Shown piece by piece: positions 51,976 to 64,000 of a DNA stretch of 64,000 nt. The position numbers were made by a program, and so were the translations under genes. The notes below the pieces were generated by a model. The model was not told where the DNA came from and did not search any database. It saw only the letters and a list, made by a program, of their open reading frames with translations. The stretch lies in the NCBI GenBank assembly GCA_049999805.1, contig JBNGIO010006232.1:1-64000 (forward strand), in the 5' to 3' direction. Within the stretch, counting starts at the first letter, position 1; the number at the start of each line of letters is the position of its first letter. Origin of the DNA: Folioceros fuciformis. Taxonomy: Eukaryota.

Positions 51976-54900
51976 TCAGCTCAAACTACCTTGGAGGTGA
52001 GATCTTGGGCTCCAGATCCGGATGTTGAAGTCTGCACAGCAAGTCGCTAGGATAGGCTCTTGTGGGTGAAACACGGCAGCACACACTCTGTCCGTGTGCC
52101 CTTCCAGCCGTTGGATCAGCTCTGCACTGCCCTGCAACACTCCGACCAAGCACCAATAAGAGGTACGCATTTGACATACGGGGTCTCCTTCCACTGACGT
52201 AAGCGTTTCGGCTGCTTACAGGAGGTCCACTGACGTCAAAAATGTATGCGTGGTTATCCGCACTTCCTGTTGCCACCAGCAAGGATTCCTGGACGGTGAT
52301 GTCCTGGAATGACCTGCTCGCACTCAACCATGTGTTAACCAAACAGTAGGAAGCGCGTGGGTATCAAAATGCATCAAGTTACAGTGCATGTGAAACTCAG
52401 GGGTCTTACTCGGTTTCTTGGTTCCATAGTCTGTGATCTCCGTTTCCAGACAGAGTCTCCTGCTGCTTCACTGATCTCTTCTTCAAGGTGTGGTGAACTG
52501 CATACAAAATTTGTCAAACGAAATAGCCTAATCCACCGGATGCAGTCCCTATGAACATCACATGGCTTACAGGTGTGGCCTTGAAAGAGCGAACTTTTGA
52601 TAGACCAGTTCTTCGTCCGTGCTCCCTTGATAGCATGCACCAACTTCAACCCACCCATGTGAAGTTGTGGCTGCTCGATTACACTGAAGTTGTCATATAC
52701 TCTCAATACTGCCATTCAGAAACACGATTCCCAGTCAGAGTGATCCGGAGACACGTACGTGATTGCGCATGTTGCCTGAGGCTAAGGCTACACACTCACC
52801 ATTGTCGTAGCTGTTCACAGCAATATGCCGTCCATCGTCTGCTCCATGAGCTGCAAAAGAGAGCATTTGCACAACAATTTCCAGTGGAAGGTTGGTCAAT
52901 GTGTCTCTCAGAACAGGAAAAAGCTGGACCAATGACCAGGTGAGGGAGAGAGAGGTCACACGGACGAGAGAAGGGATGGGCAAGACGGAGGCACGGCATT
53001 AGTGAAACAAGACCTTCTAGCCAATCTTATTTTTTTTGGGATGCTGAGGATGTGGAAAGATGGAGGGAGGGCATGGATTGCAAAAGGCCCTCACTTCTTG
53101 AAGCACTCCCAGATCATATGCACTTTGATGATAGACTTCCACTTTCTCTGGCAGAAAGATCACTGAGACACCAAGGACTGGGGATGGATACCGTCAGGCG
53201 CGAGTGACATATCCAAAGATGTGATGGGTTTGTGTGTATCTTCATTGTAGACAGTTTCTACACAAGCCTTTGAGCGTAAATCCCACAACTTCATCGCCCC
53301 ATGTGAATCTCCAGATAAGCAGGCAATGCCATTGCGGTACAGAATCAATGCACTCACTTTTGCATCATTATTCAGCACCATAACTATCCCACCAGTAGTA
53401 TGCAATCTCCGATCAAGGACGTATATGTGCTTCGCGGTACTACCAACTAGAAATACGTCATTATCTGCAAGTAGCACAGCGAGGCAAGGTCAACTTTTGC
53501 CACAACCTCACACATGTACTATTAATGCCTCCCACAAGAGGCACAGCGGCACCATGTACCTGCGGGGTTGAAGCGGACTGATTGAATGAAACCCTGCAAC
53601 TCGTTGTATGAGTGCACCGATTTGCCTTTCACCACATCCCACTCCTTTACACAGTGATCGAACCCTCCAGACAGAAGCACGGTCCCATCATTTGACCAGC
53701 AAATATCAGATACATTTAACTGATGTTCTTGAAGACAAAGAACCTGTCACACGATGGCCAGAGAGCTGAAAAGTAAGATGGGACCAAAAAACAAAGGCTC
53801 TGAACAAGAATCCACGTACATGAGATCCCCTGGAAACAGCGGCTCTTTTTGCGTTTCAAATCCCATACAAAAGGACTTTAACCAAAGGGCAAAAAAAACC
53901 AAGTCACGAACAGACAACCCTGAAAAGGAATCCAAGACCAGGAGAGGAAAAGAGATCCCTAGAATCAACACCTCTCTTTGCGCTTTTACATCCCACACGC
54001 GAACACTTTGATCAAAAGATCCAGAAGCGAGAAGCCCAGTTGTCCTTGAGAACTGAGCAGCATAAACGGAGCCTGAATGTCCCTACAGCACATAACAGAG
54101 CACAGGCCACCATACCTGATTAGTGTTTGGGACGAAATCAAGGTCGTGCTTTCGGACTGCATCAGAAGAGACAGTCCACAAATGTCTATGGCAGTGACCG
54201 TAGCCAGTATGTAACCCAAGTCCTTGGCGACCATGCGGTCCTTCCTTCACTCATACCCAATAGTTGAAGGGGCATCATATTTTCAAAAAGACTTTCTAGA
54301 TGCACACTAGAGACAGCCGGCAAAGGCAGTGCCAAGTCTACAAACTTCTAAGCGGTTAGGACATTGTGATTAAGAAAACAGATTCACTGGGACAGACAGG
54401 ACCTTGAAGTCAAACAAATGGAGGAACTGCCTGCCATCGGCCTTCCGGTTGGACTGTGTGCCACCTACTCCTGAAAGAAGAGGCAAATCAAGAACCAGTG
54501 AAAACGACCTAAGCTTGCCTTGTCGGTATGTGCAAAAAACTGTGAGCCCCTAAGAGCCAGGCTGGAACTGTCAGAGACGAGGTAAAGGATCCGAAGGCAG
54601 GAATGGGTGCAGGAGTCCACCTACCTTGATGCACAGCCTTCTGAGCTCCAAGGTCAGGAAGACGAACACCATCCACATGCTCAGATGGCACAGTCTCCGG
54701 AGTGAGTATGCTGTCCATGTCGAAACGATTGACAGCCTTCCCCATATGCTCAATGCATGCACTGTGCCTGGACCAGCCCGCACAAAGCCAATCAGGTACG
54801 GCGTGCAAAAGGCAATGGAATGATCGTACACCGACACTGAAAAGGAAAGCTCTCCTACTCACCTCACGCTGAGGTCGTACACGGCCTTTTTCAAACCACG

Positions 54901-55056
54901 GTTCTCCTTCTCGAGCTGCTCCAATCGCAATTTCAACTGCTTGTTCTCCTTGAGCACCAGGTCGAGGTTGCTCTTGTAGTAGGCTTCCGAGCCTGACGTC
55001 TTCATGCTCTGGCCGCCACCAGACAAAGGCACTCGGGAGGAGGACGATGAGGCCAT
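51976..55056 (-). CDS. WD40-repeat protein with N-terminal coiled coil
   Basis: Coiled coil LKENKQLKLRLEQLEKENRGLKKAVYDL. WD repeats GHSGSVYAAQFS...ASGSFDQSVRVWD, LLSGGFDHCVKEWD, SGDSHGAMKLWD, ATGSADNHAYIFD and LEGHTDRV...ADFNIRIWS. Some internal junctions not fully traced. Confidence 0.85.
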
Positions 55057-57092
55057 GGCTGCGACCGTCCACTCTCCTCCCCGAAACAACACCTTCAGCA
55101 GCTCATCGCCAATCCAGGGACACAAAACGGTGCGACGATGCCTCCCAGCTGCATCAACAAGCCCAAATCACTCGGCTGACACCATGGACGTAGACGATGC
55201 GCAGTGAACGTCGGAGAGCGGAAATTCACGTGCTTGTCTCAAGGATTGGCAGGAGAGGAGAATTACGGCGGGCTTTACCTCGGCTAGCGCCTGGGAATTG
55301 AGTGATCCGGGAGTGACAAGAGTGTGGGAAGCGAAGAGACCCCGGATTCCATCAGGCGAGAGCAATGCCGAGTAAGCAAAGCTGGAGGTCCCACACTGAC
55401 AAGTTGATTTGGACCCCGGAGGAGAGCCCCAGGTGAAGCTACAAGATAGAGCACGCAAGCAGCGCAATTGCAGTGCGATCGTATCCGTGAGAGCGGCATC
55501 CGACCAGAACTGTGCCAAGCGTAGCGCGATTTTAACAAGCCATGGTGTGCGGCTCGCCGTTACCGCGGCGGTTAGTCGGCACCTGGAAGGCATCCTGTTA
55601 GTCCAGACTAAGAATATGCTCAACTCATCATTTCTACCCGCCTACCAACAAGCATATGGCGCTTAATTCCAAGGATATTACCCTACTTTTTATAACTTAC
55701 AAAAAAATAGTTTTTTATATCAAATTTTTATATGACTTTATACCTCAGTAGAGTAGGTAGAGCGTCAGTCCCTGGAGCTGCGGTTCTTGCGTTCCGTCCA
55801 TACCCAAGGGATAGGGCTCTTCATTAGGTATAATAATACATATATATTTTTATTACTGAAATACTTTTTTTAAAGACAGAGAATAATTTTAACTCCTTCA
55901 AATAGTTTTTAATCTAAGATATAAAAAATTAAACAAAATCATGACATCTTCAACTTGGAAATATAACTATCATTTCTTGTCTTCTATAAAATAATATATA
56001 CGCAGTGATATTTTATAAAATAATACCTCTAAATTTTTTAGTCCATGACTAGCTTGGGTGGTTGGGTTGGTAGTTTATGGAATGCTAAAAATAGACTTAT
56101 CTTCCTATACTAATAGATAATAAATTATTTTTGGGTCAAGTTTAACTTATTATTTTATTATGTGATTGGGTTTCTTGTCAAAAAAAATTATCTAGTTTGA
56201 AAGGTTAGAAGAAGGTTGATGTTAGCCTGACTTATGTAGAGACAAAAGAAACTTATTTTATGTTAAAATACATTATAAATGAATATTTATTTAATTATAT
56301 AATAAATATTATTTAACCTAAATTTTATAAAAGTTACCATAGAAAAGAAGGGTATCCAAAGTAAGAAGTCTAGGATTAAGCATTCTACGTATACTTTCAA
56401 AGCAAGTAGCTATGTATAGGCAAAAAAAATATATACCTTTGCAGCAAGTATCTATGAATATATAGCTCAAAGATGCCTTCAGAGCAAGTAGCTGGGTGCA
56501 CAAGTCCCACCACCAGATCCGTCCTTAGTCGACTCTAATAGACTACTTCTTCGACTCCATGGCAAAAATCCGACTCAATGGGAAAGTGTCTAGAGTGGGG
56601 CCCGCGAGGGTGCTCATCGAAGGCCGCGATTAGTATGCGTCCTGCTCTAAGCTGCAACCAAGTGGACGCTCCTCATCAACTTGTCCGTACTGTCAGGTGC
56701 GAGTCCCAAACCGATCGTCACCCGTGTGAAGTACACAATTCGCGGTTTTAGTAATAGTCTGCAGGTGCTGATGATACGATGCGACCACATCCTATCAGCT
56801 GCCCCGGATGCGGTAGAGGATTTCATTGGAGTGGCAATCTCCTTAGCCCCGTCTCAGCTCGCCGGCACGGCCTCGATCGGTGGGGCAGCATGCTGAACAA
56901 CTGTCCGCAGGCTAGTTGCAACCCACAGGCGGCAGTGACATCACTGGCTATCTAGTGTTACATCCGTCGAAGAGCCTAGCGACCAGAAGCTATCGACAAC
57001 CAAACGCTACAGCTAGCTGAGAATGCTCAACTTACTGAAAGAATGAGAAATAACAATTGCACCAGGGAACAGTAACGTAGCTTCAAGTGACG

Positions 57093-59716
<2,624 letters not shown>

Positions 59717-60614
59717 GACCGTGAGTCTACTGACGTTGGACTTCCTCAGAATTTTTCAAAAGACCTGGTAATGTGCTCCCTACTTTTCATCAACAGGTTT
59801 GTCACTCACTTCTCACCCTACACCAGACACAAACACTCAATCCCGCCAGATATCCGCCTACAAACGTCCAACTCTGCTACAGGGATCACAGTAGTTTCTC
59901 AATTGCGAAACGCGTCGCACGACGTAGACCTTCAAATCAGGACATTACACAGGAATGAGAACTACAACCAGATCTTTAAGATCGCTGCAAAGACAGACAC
60001 CTTCGCACGAGCGCAACACCGTGATCAAACACCAACGCTTCTCAAATCACTCACTCCTTGATCTCGTTCCCTCACCTTGGCAATCGAAGCGCTTCCTGTA
60101 AACCGCGTCTCTAGAGAAGGATTTCCGTGGCCTTGAGCAGGGAGCAATGCGTCTGCACAGGGGCAAATCGCAATGAGATCGCAGCCCTGCTCCGAGACTA
60201 CGCGCGCCCTAAGCGCAACAGCAGCAGCTCCCGTCGCATGCACCGACTCCGAACGCTTGGCCGCGGACCAAAAAGATGGAGCAATTTGACAACCGCGCAA
60301 ACAGGCAGCTCCTCTCACGACCGCGTTCGACAGGGAGCAACGTGCGGTGAATCAACAGCGCACACGACGGAAGTCGGGCAAGTTGCTCTGAGCAACCGGA
60401 CTATAAATCCCTCTAACAAGGCAAACAAAGGGGTAGAGGCCTCGGACAGCTTCAGCTGCTCGTGGGACGAGTACTGTATGCAACTTGTAATGTTCGACAC
60501 TTGAAATAACACACGACGGCTAAACTACCGGTAATAACTCGGGTCTTGGCGTTATGCCGTGTCGGTATGTTTATTCATCGGTAGGCGCCTGGCCCCAAAA
60601 GCCGTATAAACGTT

Positions 60615-63370
<2,756 letters not shown>

Positions 63371-63659
63371 TCCTTCCACCGCCGTGAGCATGGCACGCGA
63401 TTCCGATGAAGCTATGTGCCCAGAATTCGCTGTGGAGTCCAGCTCGCGGCGTAGCGCTTCCAGCAACGAAAACACGTTGGATGACGAGGCAGCGAGTAGT
63501 TCGTTTCAGCACGCTGCGCTGATGCAGCAGGAAAGCTCGGTGACGAGACCACGTGACTACGCCAAAGCCCGCTGATCCCGCCAACGTATGTACATAAGGA
63601 TGTACTCTAAGGTGCCAATAACAATAACAAACAGCAACTAACACAATGGTGGGTCACAA

Positions 63660-63740
63660 TAACAAACAGCATCTAAGGTTTAATAGGGGGTCTCACCCGG
63701 GGTGTCATCCTAACAAACAGCATCTAAGGTTTGATAGGGG
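63660..63740. repeat. ~30-bp direct repeat, 51-bp period
   Basis: taacaaacagcatctaaggttt(a/g)atagggg occurs twice. Confidence 0.85.
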
Positions 63741-64000
63741 TTTCAAACGTCGACCGAGTTCGACTGTATACAGACCTGGGTAGAAGCCCGAGTTCACAAA
63801 AGCGGCCACCCGAGAACTGAAAACGTGAGAACTTTGAAACCATCCTATTTACGTCACAAGCGGGATTTGGGATCAACCTAACTTGCATCTATGAACGCGA
63901 CCGAAACGACTCGTCTTGTGCCAAATTTGAAATGGCTGCTCCCATATTTTGCCCTCATCCTGTACTCCCAGCTACCATCAGTCTTTACCACTTGAAGCTA

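Noticed and set aside
52851-53191. Possible second U12 intron (donor GTATCCAT) in the WD40 gene
   Set aside because: The donor deviates from GTATCCTT and I found no convincing U12 branch site near the acceptor.
55660-56480. Very AT-rich block as a MITE
   Set aside because: No terminal inverted repeats or target-site duplication identified.

Overview
Eukaryotic nuclear DNA, gene-dense with short (~80-250 nt) spliceosomal introns. The gene content is land-plant-like, and the compactness suggests a non-seed plant such as a hornwort or other bryophyte (inference). I reconstruct 14 apparently intact protein-coding genes by joining ORF fragments across GT/GC-AG junctions: PFK2-type phosphofructokinase, an NB-ARC-TPR STAND/NLR-like protein, CYP65 U-box cyclophilin, a GT31 galectin-galactosyltransferase, a 5-finger C2H2 protein, a GT90/CAP10 glycosyltransferase, PGRL2, intronless SRP54, Derlin-1, an SF2/ASF-type SR protein, a UCP-like mitochondrial carrier, a coiled-coil WD40 protein, a UMP-CMP kinase and a peroxisomal citrate synthase. 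There are also two probable pseudogenes (PDF-motif/PPR and GT47 exostosin), four 100-N scaffold gaps and AT-rich intergenic tracts. Three things stand out. (1) The UMP-CMP kinase has no stop codon after its last kinase exon and splices in frame to a CaMKII association (hub)-like domain, behind a mitochondrial-type presequence. (2) The NB-ARC-TPR gene builds its TPR array from seven exactly 102-nt, phase-2/phase-2 exons, one repeat per exon. (3) The C2H2 protein carries a ribbon-helix-helix-like segment. Gene models were read by eye, family calls come from remembered motifs rather than database searches, and some start codons are uncertain.
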